This document shows positions 38,381 to 47,768 of a stretch of 64,000 nucleotides of DNA, one piece after another. This DNA is from a virus. The notes under the pieces were generated by a model. It saw only the letters and a program-made list of their open reading frames with translations, searched no databases and had not been told where the DNA came from. Position 1 is the first letter of the stretch. Each line of letters opens with the position of its first letter. The position numbers were made by a program, and so were the translations under genes. The stretch is from IMG/VR virus record IMGVR_UViG_3300027917_000040, positions 8,944 through 72,943 of that record, one strand, 5' to 3'.

Positions 38381-40033
38381 ATGGGGAGTGAAGAACATTA
38401 TCTAGGTAATCCACTTTTAAAAAAAGCAAATACCGCAATTGAATTTACAGCAGAACAAATAGAAGAAATTGGGAGATGTTATGATGATCCCCTATATTTT
38501 GCAGAGCATTATGTCCAGATTGTAACTTTGGACAAGGGATTACAACCCTTTAAAATGTATCCATTTCAAAAGAAAATGGTAACACGGTTTCATAAAAACC
38601 GTTTCAATATATGTAAACTTCCACGACAGTCTGGAAAATCAACAACTGTTTGTGCATACTTATTGCACTATGCCATTTTTAATGATAATGTAAATATTGC
38701 TATTCTTGCAAACAAAGCAAATACTGCAAGAGACTTGTTGCAGAGATTGCAAACTGGTTACGAAAATTTACCAAAATGGTTACAGCAAGGTGTTTTATCT
38801 TGGAACAAAGGTTCTTTAGAGTTAGAAAATAAATCTAGAATCTTTGCTGCTTCTACTTCAGCATCATCTGTCCGAGGAAGTACCTTCAACATTATTTTTC
38901 TAGACGAATTTGCTTTCGTTCCAAATAGTGTTGCCGACAATTTCTTTAGTTCGGTATATCCAACAATTACTTCTGGTCAATCATCCAAAGTTATAATTGT
39001 TTCAACTCCTTTTGGAATGAATCATTTTTATAAACTTTGGGATGATGCACAAAAGAAAAGAAACAGTTATGTTCCAACAGAAGTCCACTGGATGGATGTT
39101 CCTGGAAGAGATGAGAAATTTAAAGAGACTACCATTGCAAACACTTCAGAATCTCAGTGGAGACAAGAGTTTGAATGTCAGTTCCTCGGTTCTACGGACA
39201 CATTAATATCGGGTGCAAAATTAAACACTCTTACATTCGATACACCATTGCAGTCTCATAATGGTTTAGATGTTTATGAGTTTCCTCAAAAAGATCACAA
39301 TTACGTATTAACAGTTGATGTTGCGAGGGGAGTTGAAAAAGATTATTCTGCATTTACAGTTATAGATGTATCTCAATTTCCTCACAAGTTAGTAGCGAAG
39401 TATAGAAGCAATCAAATAAGACCCATAGTTTTTCCACAAACTATAAGAGAAATAGCAAAAAGTTATAATAAAGCATATGTATTATGCGAAGTTAACGACG
39501 TAGGTGATCAAGTTGCTGCTGGTCTTTTTTACGATCTTGAGTATGAGAATGTTCTTATGTCATCTATGAGAGGACGAGCAGGACAAGTTCTTGGACAAGG
39601 ATTTTCTGGAAAGAAAGTGCAACTTGGCGTAAAGATGTCCAAGGCGACTAAAAAAGTAGGATGTCTTAACTTAAAGGCGTTAATAGAAGAAGATAAATTG
39701 TTAATTTCAGATTTTGACACTATTGCCGAGTTGACTACTTTTATTCAAAAACATGGGTCATTTGAAGCAGAAGAAGGAAGAAACGATGATCTTGTAATGT
39801 GTTTAGTCATCTACTCTTGGTTGATTCAACAGGACTATTTTAGGGAACTTACTGATCAGGATATCAGAAAAAGATTATATGAAGAGCAAAAAAATCAAAT
39901 AGAACAAGACATGGCACCGTTTGGATTTGTTACTGATGGCATCTCCGATGAAGGATCTTTTGTAGATGATAGTGGGGATAGATGGCACACTGATGAATAT
40001 GGTGATATGTCTTATATGTGGGATTATATGTAG
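38381..40033 (+). CDS. gp17: terminase large subunit gp17
   Basis: YLGNPLLK, Walker A PRQSGKST, Walker B IIFLDEFAF, nuclease TVDVARG and NDDLVM. Confidence 0.97.
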   Translation: MGSEEHYLGNPLLKKANTAIEFTAEQIEEIGRCYDDPLYFAEHYVQIVTLDKGLQPFKMYPFQKKMVTRFHKNRFNICKLPRQSGKSTTVCAYLLHYAIFNDNVNIAILANKANTARDLLQRLQTGYENLPKWLQQGVLSWNKGSLELENKSRIFAASTSASSVRGSTFNIIFLDEFAFVPNSVADNFFSSVYPTITSGQSSKVIIVSTPFGMNHFYKLWDDAQKKRNSYVPTEVHWMDVPGRDEKFKETTIANTSESQWRQEFECQFLGSTDTLISGAKLNTLTFDTPLQSHNGLDVYEFPQKDHNYVLTVDVARGVEKDYSAFTVIDVSQFPHKLVAKYRSNQIRPIVFPQTIREIAKSYNKAYVLCEVNDVGDQVAAGLFYDLEYENVLMSSMRGRAGQVLGQGFSGKKVQLGVKMSKATKKVGCLNLKALIEEDKLLISDFDTIAELTTFIQKHGSFEAEEGRNDDLVMCLVIYSWLIQQDYFRELTDQDIRKRLYEEQKNQIEQDMAPFGFVTDGISDEGSFVDDSGDRWHTDEYGDMSYMWDYM

Positions 40034-40054
40034 TCTCTGAAAATACTCATTTTA

Positions 40055-40061
40055 ATAAATA
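40055..40061 (+). promoter_or_regulatory. T4-type late promoter
   Basis: ATAAATA 32 nt upstream of the gp18 ATG; an AGGAG RBS follows. Confidence 0.7.
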
Positions 40062-40093
40062 TTTTTAGATAAACTGAGTCTTAGGAGAAAAAA

Positions 40094-42805
40094 ATGGCGA
40101 CTCCTCAATTGTCTCCTGGTGTATTAATCAGGGAAGTTGATTTAACTGTAGGAAGAATTGATAATGTTGTTGATAACATTGGTGCAATCGCAGGTCCTTT
40201 TGTAAAAGGTCCTGTTGAAGATCCCATCACTATTGAAACAGAAGATGAATTACTTAAAGTTTTTGGTCAACCAGTAAGTTCTGATGGACAGTATGAGTAC
40301 TGGATGACAGCATCATCATTTCTTTCTTATGGCGGCATTCTTAAAGTCGTAAGAACAGATTCTGATGTAATCACTAACTCTAGCACAAGAACACAATTTG
40401 TCGGAGAAGTTGCTGCAATTGGAGCAGACGACGATATTCTTGTAGGTGCTGCACTTACTATAACATCCGGTCAAGACGACAGTGCTAGAACTGTTTCAGA
40501 CACAACTCTGATTCTTGGCGAAATTGGTGCTGGTAACACAACTGGTTATGGATACACATATTCTGGTTCTGGAAACGGTCTGATCATTTCAGTTGGTCTT
40601 GGAACATCTGGTTCTGTAGAATCACTTGGAATTATTAATCCCGGTGAAGGATACTCCGCTGGTGATCAACTTAACATCAATGATATCATCCTCGGAAATC
40701 CAGCTGGTGATAATCCAGTAGTTATTACTGTTAATGCTGGTGCAGTAACTACCGAAGCACTTGAAAACGTTGTTGCTGATCCTGATCTGAAGATCAAGAA
40801 TGATAATGATTATGCTGGACAAGAAGAAGAAGTATCAACAGCATATCTCTGGGCAGGTAAAAATCCCGGATCATGGTCAAACGGACTTGTAGTTGCGGTA
40901 ATCGACGACCTTGCTGATCAAATTCTCGATCTTACTGGGTCATTTACTGCTGGCACTATCAACGACATCGAAGTTGGTTGTGGCGTTACTGTTACTCTCG
41001 ACCAAGTAAGAAGACCAGTAAGAAGAACTGGAAGAAATGATTCGGGTGGTGGATTCTTCACTGAAGATGGATTCCTGAAAGGAATTGTAACTGGAGTTAA
41101 CACCGAAACACAAGAAGTATCTGTAAGAGTTGTTTCTAAGGTTGCTCTCGACGGAACAGAAACTCCTGTTGAATATAAGAACAGATCTAGACACTCTTCG
41201 TTCAAACCAAATACCGAAATCGTATTCGTCGATGATGCTGGTGTTGGTCTTGCAACTTGTCAAATTCTTCAAGGAAACAAGGTTAAAGATTGGTATAACG
41301 AACAGGTTATTTCTCTTGAGACCGGAAGCATTCTCTGGAAATCTATTGCACAAAAACCATCCACTAATCAGTGGGTAGCAGAAAGAAAAGGAAGAAATGA
41401 TGGTCTGCATGTTGCAGTATTTGATGAACTTGGAAATGTAACAGGAATCAAAGGAAATCTTCTTGAGAAGTTCACTGGTCTTTCTAAGGCAAAAGATGCA
41501 ATCTCTGCAGTCAATCCTCCACAAAGACTTTTCTGGAAAGATTATATTGCACAGTATTCAAAGTATGTTTTTGCTGGAGATAATCCATCTGATATTTCCA
41601 ACCAAGAAGACACATATGCTTCTGGATTTGATCTCGATACAGTAGTCGCAGGTTTTGGTAATCTTACTCCTCTGTCTCAGGCAGCAGGTCTTTGGAATCA
41701 AAGTGGTAAAGAAGTAGTTTTTGCAGTTCAAGGCGCAAAACTTTATAGACTTTCCGGTGGTAAAGACTATACCCCAGTTCTTTCAACAACAACTGCTGGT
41801 GCTTCTTCTACTATTGTTTCTTCAATTGTTGAAACACAAAACGCGAATACAGTAACAATTACTGAAACAACTACAATTGGATCCTTCAAGGCAACTCTTG
41901 GAGAACTTCTAAATGCATACGATTACTTCGCAGATGAAGATGAAATTGCAATCGATTACCTGCTGATGGGACCAGGACTTGAGGACAAAGAAGAATCTCA
42001 AGCAAAAGCTCAAAACTTAATTGCAATTGCTAATGAAAGAAAGGATTGCATCGCATGTATCTCCCCACATAGAGGAGATGTTGTATCCGATGGATTCTCA
42101 TTCAAGAGCACTGATGATATAACTGATGACGTGGTTGAGTTCTTCTCAACACTGGCATCTTCATCTTATGCAATCTTTGATAGTGGTTATAAGTATACTT
42201 ACGATAGATTTAATGATACCTTCAGATACGTTCCATGTAATGGAGATATCGCCGGTCTTTGCGTAAGAACTTCAATCGAAAGATATCCTTGGTTCTCCCC
42301 TGCTGGACAGCAAAGAGGTATCATCAACAATGCAGTTAAACTTGCATACAATCCAAATAAAGCACAAAGAGATCGTCTCTATGTTGCAAGAGTAAACCCA
42401 GTTATTACTCAGCAAGGTCTTGGAACACTTCTCTTCGGAGATAAGACCGCTCTCGGATATGCTTCTGCGTTTGACAGAATCAATGTTCGTAGATTGTTCC
42501 TCTATGTTGAACAAGCACTCAAGTCTCTTGCAGATGCTCAACTGTTTGAACTGAATGATGAAATTACAAGAGCAAACTTTGTTTCTGTCGTGGAACCATT
42601 CCTCGCAGATATCCAAACGAAGAGAGGTCTTTATGGTTACTTAGTTGTTTGTGACGAGTCGAATAATACACCAGATATTATCGACAATAATGAGTTCAGA
42701 GCAGATATTTATCTGCAACCAACCAAGTCTATCAACTACGTAACATTAACGTTTGTTGCCACTAGAACTGGAATTAGCTTCGGTGAAATTGCTGGCACCG
42801 TCTGA
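40094..42805 (+). CDS. gp18: tail sheath protein gp18
   Basis: SPGVLIREVDLT, PWFSPAG..RG, FGDKT..SAFDRINVRRLF and FVATRTG motifs. Confidence 0.97.
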   Translation: MATPQLSPGVLIREVDLTVGRIDNVVDNIGAIAGPFVKGPVEDPITIETEDELLKVFGQPVSSDGQYEYWMTASSFLSYGGILKVVRTDSDVITNSSTRTQFVGEVAAIGADDDILVGAALTITSGQDDSARTVSDTTLILGEIGAGNTTGYGYTYSGSGNGLIISVGLGTSGSVESLGIINPGEGYSAGDQLNINDIILGNPAGDNPVVITVNAGAVTTEALENVVADPDLKIKNDNDYAGQEEEVSTAYLWAGKNPGSWSNGLVVAVIDDLADQILDLTGSFTAGTINDIEVGCGVTVTLDQVRRPVRRTGRNDSGGGFFTEDGFLKGIVTGVNTETQEVSVRVVSKVALDGTETPVEYKNRSRHSSFKPNTEIVFVDDAGVGLATCQILQGNKVKDWYNEQVISLETGSILWKSIAQKPSTNQWVAERKGRNDGLHVAVFDELGNVTGIKGNLLEKFTGLSKAKDAISAVNPPQRLFWKDYIAQYSKYVFAGDNPSDISNQEDTYASGFDLDTVVAGFGNLTPLSQAAGLWNQSGKEVVFAVQGAKLYRLSGGKDYTPVLSTTTAGASSTIVSSIVETQNANTVTITETTTIGSFKATLGELLNAYDYFADEDEIAIDYLLMGPGLEDKEESQAKAQNLIAIANERKDCIACISPHRGDVVSDGFSFKSTDDITDDVVEFFSTLASSSYAIFDSGYKYTYDRFNDTFRYVPCNGDIAGLCVRTSIERYPWFSPAGQQRGIINNAVKLAYNPNKAQRDRLYVARVNPVITQQGLGTLLFGDKTALGYASAFDRINVRRLFLYVEQALKSLADAQLFELNDEITRANFVSVVEPFLADIQTKRGLYGYLVVCDESNNTPDIIDNNEFRADIYLQPTKSINYVTLTFVATRTGISFGEIAGTV

Positions 42806-42850
42806 TTATTTTAAAAATATTAACTAATTTCAATTTCGGAGAAAAAGAAA

Positions 42851-43567
42851 ATGGCATTCAATAGTTTCGCGGACAAAAACGTAAGTCCATTAAAGAACCT
42901 AACCCAGTTCAAAAATCGCCTCCGTGGTGGAGGTGCAAGACCTAATCTCTTTGAGGTTAGAATTGATAGCTTCCCCGCTCCAATTACTGAATATTGGAAT
43001 GCTGCAGATAGAGAAGACTTTCAGTTCATGTGTAAGTCTGCTGCACTGCCAGCATCTAACATCGCAGCAGTTGATGTTCCCTTCAGAGGTCGTATTTTAA
43101 AGGTTGCTGGCGACAGAACCTTTGATACTTGGACAGTTACCGTCATTAATGATGAAGACTTTAACCTCAGACACGCATTTGAGCAGTGGATGAACCACAT
43201 GGCAAAACTTGATAATGCTTCTGGTGCTGTTAATCCTCAGTCTTATATGACTGATGCGATTGTAAGACAACTCGGAAGAGCGAATAAGAGAAATGGTATC
43301 AACGTAATGGCTGATGGTGAAGATAGGAATCAATCTGGACCACCAAACACTGGTTCTTATACACCACCAGTTCTGAGAGCATATAAGATGCATGACATCT
43401 TCCCAACTAATGTTTCTCAAATTGATCTTTCTTATGATACTGGTGATACCATTGAAGAGTTTACCGTAGAGTTCCAAATCAACTGGTTTGAGATTGAAGA
43501 TGATAAGGCATTTAACGGTGCTGAAGGTTCAGTCGGAACTAACGGTGATAACGGTAGAGTCACCTAA
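42851..43567 (+). CDS. gp19: tail tube protein gp19
   Basis: GGGARPNLFEV, VPFRGRILKVAGDRTFDTWTVT.INDEDF and IEEFTVEF motifs. Confidence 0.96.
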   Translation: MAFNSFADKNVSPLKNLTQFKNRLRGGGARPNLFEVRIDSFPAPITEYWNAADREDFQFMCKSAALPASNIAAVDVPFRGRILKVAGDRTFDTWTVTVINDEDFNLRHAFEQWMNHMAKLDNASGAVNPQSYMTDAIVRQLGRANKRNGINVMADGEDRNQSGPPNTGSYTPPVLRAYKMHDIFPTNVSQIDLSYDTGDTIEEFTVEFQINWFEIEDDKAFNGAEGSVGTNGDNGRVT

Positions 43568-43576
43568 TAGAGTTGT

Positions 43577-43583
43577 CTAAATA
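43577..43583 (+). promoter_or_regulatory. T4-type late promoter
   Basis: CTAAATA 26 nt upstream of the gp20 ATG. Confidence 0.7.
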
Positions 43584-43609
43584 GTAGGAAACACCACGTA
43601 ATTTTAATA

Positions 43610-45310
43610 ATGGCAAAGTTGTTCGGGTTTTCTATTGAAGACGACGATAAGTTACCAAAATCTGCGTTATCCCCCGTCCCCGTTAATAACGAGGATGGGG
43701 TTGACCACTATTTAACTAGTGGTTTTTTTGGTTCTTATGTTGATATTGAAGGTGTATATAGAAATGAGTTTGAGTTAATAAAGAGATATAGAGAGATGGC
43801 ACTGCATCCAGAAGTGGACAGTGCCATTGAAGATATTGTGAATGAGGCAATAGTATCAGATACAAATGATAGTCCTGTTCAAGTAGAACTTTCTAATCTT
43901 AATGCTAGTGATGGTATTAAGAAAAAAATAAGAGAAGAGTTTAAACATATTTTAAATTTATTGGATTTTGATAAGAAGTGCCATGAAATTTACAGAAATT
44001 GGTATATTGATGGACGTATTTTTTATCATAAAGTAATCGATTTAAAAAATCCCGAAGAGGGTATTTTGGAGTTAAGATATATTGACTCCATGAAAATGCG
44101 TTATGTGAGACAAGAGAAGCAGAACAAAGCAAAGAACGGTGTTTCTCCAATCATGATGAATTCTGGACAACAACAAGATCCTATGGATTTTAAGTTTCCG
44201 GAGATAGAAGAATATTTTATTTACACTCCTAAAACTACATATCCAGTTGGAAAGGGAAATCCAGCAACTTCTGGAGGTGCAAAAGGTGGTGGAGTTAAGA
44301 TTGCAAGAGATGCTATTGCATATTGTACATCTGGATTGGTAGACAGAAATAAAGGAACTACACTTTCTTATCTCAATAAAGCAATTAAATCACTCAATCA
44401 ACTCCGTATGATTGAGGATTCTCTTGTAATTTACAGACTTTCAAGGGCACCAGAACGTAGAATTTTTTATATTGATGTTGGCAATCTGCCAAAAATGAAG
44501 GCAGAACAATATCTTCGTGATGTCATGATGCGTTATCGTAACAAGTTGGTTTACGATTCAAACACTGGTGAAATCCGTGATGATAAAAAGTTTATGGCAA
44601 TGCTTGAAGATTATTGGTTGCCACGTAGAGAAGGTGGTAGAGGAACAGAAATCTCCACTCTTCCCGGTGGTCAAAATCTTGGTGAAATCACAGATATTAA
44701 CTATTTTCAAAAGAAACTTTATCGTTCACTGAATGTTCCACCATCAAGAATGGATGGTGAAGGTGGATTTAACTTAGGACGTTCCTCTGAAATCTTAAGA
44801 GACGAACTGAAATTTACCAAGTTTGTTGGGCGTTTAAGAAAGAGATTCTCCAATCTTTTCAATGATCTTCTAAGAACTCAACTACTTCTAAAGAACATTA
44901 TTACTCCGGAAGATTGGGAAGTAATGTCTGAGCACATTCAATATGATTTCTTATATGACAATCACTTCTCAGAACTTAAAGATGCTGAGTTGATGACTGA
45001 AAGACTGAATCTTGCAGCAACAGCAGAACCTTATATTGGTAAGTATTTCTCTTCGGAGTATGTAAGAACTCAAATTCTTAGGCAAACTGATGGTGAGATT
45101 ATCGAAGAAGATAAGAAAATTAAAAAAGAAATTGCTAAAGGAATTATCCCAGATCCCAATGCACCCGTAGATCCAGAAACTGGACTCCCAATGGAACCAT
45201 CTGTTGCTCCTGGAGCAGATAACATGAATGGAGCATCTGGAAAAGTTCCTCTTGATGGGAAGGTTCCAGAAGTTGATGGGAAAATTGCAGAACCCCCAAC
45301 TGCTAAATAA
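43610..45310 (+). CDS. gp20: portal vertex protein gp20
   Basis: IYRLSRAPERRIFYIDVGNLPK and EDYWLPRREGGRGTEISTLPGGQNLG motifs. Confidence 0.98.
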   Translation: MAKLFGFSIEDDDKLPKSALSPVPVNNEDGVDHYLTSGFFGSYVDIEGVYRNEFELIKRYREMALHPEVDSAIEDIVNEAIVSDTNDSPVQVELSNLNASDGIKKKIREEFKHILNLLDFDKKCHEIYRNWYIDGRIFYHKVIDLKNPEEGILELRYIDSMKMRYVRQEKQNKAKNGVSPIMMNSGQQQDPMDFKFPEIEEYFIYTPKTTYPVGKGNPATSGGAKGGGVKIARDAIAYCTSGLVDRNKGTTLSYLNKAIKSLNQLRMIEDSLVIYRLSRAPERRIFYIDVGNLPKMKAEQYLRDVMMRYRNKLVYDSNTGEIRDDKKFMAMLEDYWLPRREGGRGTEISTLPGGQNLGEITDINYFQKKLYRSLNVPPSRMDGEGGFNLGRSSEILRDELKFTKFVGRLRKRFSNLFNDLLRTQLLLKNIITPEDWEVMSEHIQYDFLYDNHFSELKDAELMTERLNLAATAEPYIGKYFSSEYVRTQILRQTDGEIIEEDKKIKKEIAKGIIPDPNAPVDPETGLPMEPSVAPGADNMNGASGKVPLDGKVPEVDGKIAEPPTAK

Positions 45311-45330
45311 CAAAAAAACATGTAAAAACT

Positions 45331-45498
45331 ATGGATAACATTATCGATTTAATTACTCAAGATGAGTCACCTTCCGAAATCAGTGACGCAATCAAAGATA
45401 CTCTTTTCTCAAAGGCAGCAGAAAAGATTGATATGATAAGACCAGAGATTGCGTCTGTACTCTTTAATGGTGTTCAAGAAACATCAGAAGAAGAATAA
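45331..45498 (+). CDS. small acidic protein after portal (gp67-like prohead core position), 55 aa; not in ORF track
   Basis: Translated by hand: MDNIIDLITQDESPSEISDAIKDTLFSKAAEKIDMIRPEIASVLFNGVQETSEEE*. CTAAATA late promoter at 45303-45309. Confidence 0.8.
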   Translation: MDNIIDLITQDESPSEISDAIKDTLFSKAAEKIDMIRPEIASVLFNGVQETSEEE

Positions 45499-45500
45499 TT

Positions 45501-45524
45501 TATAAATACACTGCTTCATAAATA
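45501..45524 (+). promoter_or_regulatory. tandem T4-type late promoters
   Basis: TATAAATA 45501-45508 and ATAAATA 45518-45524, upstream of ORF 45549 and gp21. Confidence 0.7.
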
Positions 45525-45548
45525 ATATTATAAATTAGTAAAATAGTC

Positions 45549-45809
45549 ATGATCATCAAACCTAAAGGTGTTGCTGTAAATATTGTTGGTATTGCCTCAA
45601 CTGTTGCCGATCTTGGTGGGGTTGGAGCAACTTTAGTGTCTGTTGTAAATACACAATCTGCTCCTGCTTTAGTATCTTTAAATCCCGATGGAACTAATGT
45701 TTATCTTGCGGCTGGAGAAAGAGCACTAATTCAAAAATTAGCAACAACTACGCTTACAGCTGGATCTGGTGATCCTGTTTATGCAACTAACGTAGGATTT
45801 ACAAACTAA
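45549..45809 (+). CDS. small hypothetical protein upstream of prohead protease
   Basis: 86-aa Ala/Val/Gly/Thr-rich ORF after a late promoter, in the conserved slot before gp21. Confidence 0.75.
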   Translation: MIIKPKGVAVNIVGIASTVADLGGVGATLVSVVNTQSAPALVSLNPDGTNVYLAAGERALIQKLATTTLTAGSGDPVYATNVGFTN

Positions 45810-45813
45810 TCTC

Positions 45814-46458
45814 ATGAAACTAATCAAAGAAGAAATCGAATCAGTAAATTTTATTACTGAGGAAAAAAACGGAAAGAAGTCACTTCATATTGAAGGAACT
45901 TTCCTCCAAGGAAACATTAAGAATCGTAATGGTCGTATGTATCCTATGGAGACTCTTCAGAGAGAAGTCAAGAGATACAATTCGGAATATGTTGAAAAAG
46001 GACGTGCTCTTGGTGAACTTGGTCACCCAGACGGTCCAACTGTAAATCTTGACAGAGTTTCTCACATGATCACCTCTTTAAAGGAGGATGGAACAAACTT
46101 TGTTGGTAAGGCAAAAATCCTTGACACACCAATGGGTAAAATTGCATCCTCACTGATCGGTGAAGGTGTAAAACTTGGAGTTTCTTCAAGAGGAGTTGGT
46201 TCTCTTGTTGAAAAAAATGGGGTTAAAGTTGTCAATGATGACTTCATGTTGGCAACTGCTGCCGACATTGTTGCCGATCCATCTGCACCTGATGCCTTTG
46301 TAAATGGCATCATGGAAGGTGTTGAGTGGGTCTGGAATAATGGCGTTTCTGAGCAAAAAGTAGAAAGTCTTCAAAAAAAGATTGATAAATATGCCAGAGA
46401 ACGTGCTTTAAACGAGCAGGCACTTAGTCTTTTCAATGAGTTTCTTAACTCGTTGTAA
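45814..46458 (+). CDS. gp21: prohead core protease gp21
   Basis: NRNGRMYP, ALGELGHP, LGVSSRGVGS and DIVADPSAPDAFV motifs. Confidence 0.96.
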   Translation: MKLIKEEIESVNFITEEKNGKKSLHIEGTFLQGNIKNRNGRMYPMETLQREVKRYNSEYVEKGRALGELGHPDGPTVNLDRVSHMITSLKEDGTNFVGKAKILDTPMGKIASSLIGEGVKLGVSSRGVGSLVEKNGVKVVNDDFMLATAADIVADPSAPDAFVNGIMEGVEWVWNNGVSEQKVESLQKKIDKYARERALNEQALSLFNEFLNSL

Positions 46459-46468
46459 TTAATTAATT

Positions 46469-46476
46469 TATAAATA
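46469..46476 (+). promoter_or_regulatory. T4-type late promoter
   Basis: Consensus TATAAATA upstream of gp22. Confidence 0.75.
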
Positions 46477-46514
46477 AATATAGTTTAACTTATAAGAGTT
46501 TACGGAGAGTCCAA

Positions 46515-47723
46515 ATGTCCCGTGGTAAAAATTTACAGGAAATGGAAGCAGGCACTACACAATCCAAAACTGCTGTCAATGCTGGAGCAAAAGGTGCAGA
46601 TCCAATGCAGAAACTGACTACAGGTATTCCTGATGGTCAATCAACAAGTTGGCAAGATCTTGGTGGTCCTACACCAGATAATTATAAGCCCGATGATTCT
46701 TCTGCGGAACTGAAGGATGCTTCAGGTCCACTTAAGCAAGTTAAAGATGTAGTTACAAAGGGTTCAAAAGCAGCAGAAGGAATGCAAAAAGCTCCTGCTT
46801 ACTCTACTACTGGTGGAACATCAGTTTCCCGTGGTGGTGGAGATGCCATGCAGAAAATGGCAAACCCTGTTAAGGAAGAAGAAGAATTGGAAGATGAAGT
46901 AATTGCAGAGGATGAAGTCGAAGAGACCACCGATGTAGTTGCGGAAGAAGAGACAGTAGAAGAAGAAGAAGTAACTGAAGAAGTTACTGAAGAAGAAGAG
47001 TTTGACATCGAAGAAGATGTTCATGCACTTCTTGATGGTGAAGAACTCTCCGAGGACTTCCAAGAGAAAGCACGTACAATTTTTGAGGCAGCACTTCGTT
47101 CTAAAGTAACTGAAGTCCGCGAATCTCTCGCAGCAGCATACGATGAAAGACTCGTAGAAGAAGTTGCTGAGATCAAGTCTGTTCTTGAAGAGCGTGTTGA
47201 CGCATATCTTGAGTATGTTGCTCAAGAATGGTTAGAAGAAAATGCACTTGCAGTTGAGCAAGGCATCAGAACAGAAATGACTGAATCCTTCATTCAAGGT
47301 ATGAAGGGACTTTTTGAAGCACATTATGTAGAAATCCCTGACGAAAAATATGATGTCCTTGAGAGCATGGTAGAAAAACTTGATGACATGGAGACAAAAC
47401 TCAACGAGCAGATTGAGAAGAACGTTTCCCTTAACAAGCGTCTCGCAGAGTCGGTTGCTGATGGAATCTTTGATGATGTTGCTGAGGGACTTGCCCTGAG
47501 CCAGAAAGAAAAGCTCGCTTCACTTGCTGAAAGTGTTGAGTTTGAAAGTGAGATACAATATCGTGAAAAACTGGAGATGCTGAGGGAATCTTATTTTTCA
47601 GCGCAGAAAACTCCAAAAGCAACATCTGAGTCCCTCTCCGAGGGTGTAGATACTACTCCTGAATCCGTTTCACCTGGAATGGAATCCTATATGAGAGCAC
47701 TCAATTCAGTTGCAAAAAACTGA
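46515..47723 (+). CDS. gp22: prohead core scaffold gp22
   Basis: Acidic coiled coil; LSEDFQEKARTIFEAA and VDAYLEYVAQEWLEEN motifs; lies between gp21 and gp23. Confidence 0.94.
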   Translation: MSRGKNLQEMEAGTTQSKTAVNAGAKGADPMQKLTTGIPDGQSTSWQDLGGPTPDNYKPDDSSAELKDASGPLKQVKDVVTKGSKAAEGMQKAPAYSTTGGTSVSRGGGDAMQKMANPVKEEEELEDEVIAEDEVEETTDVVAEEETVEEEEVTEEVTEEEEFDIEEDVHALLDGEELSEDFQEKARTIFEAALRSKVTEVRESLAAAYDERLVEEVAEIKSVLEERVDAYLEYVAQEWLEENALAVEQGIRTEMTESFIQGMKGLFEAHYVEIPDEKYDVLESMVEKLDDMETKLNEQIEKNVSLNKRLAESVADGIFDDVAEGLALSQKEKLASLAESVEFESEIQYREKLEMLRESYFSAQKTPKATSESLSEGVDTTPESVSPGMESYMRALNSVAKN

Positions 47724-47768
47724 ATTTAATATTAAAAACAAACGCACTTTAGTAAAAGGTAAAAAGCA

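Noticed and set aside
46878-47020. GAA-rich repeats in gp22
   Set aside because: Ordinary Glu-rich scaffold linker, not a DNA-level repeat element.
40622-47625. Many 60-190 aa minus-strand and alternate-frame ORFs within gp18-gp22
   Set aside because: Shadow ORFs of well-conserved structural genes with biased codon use.
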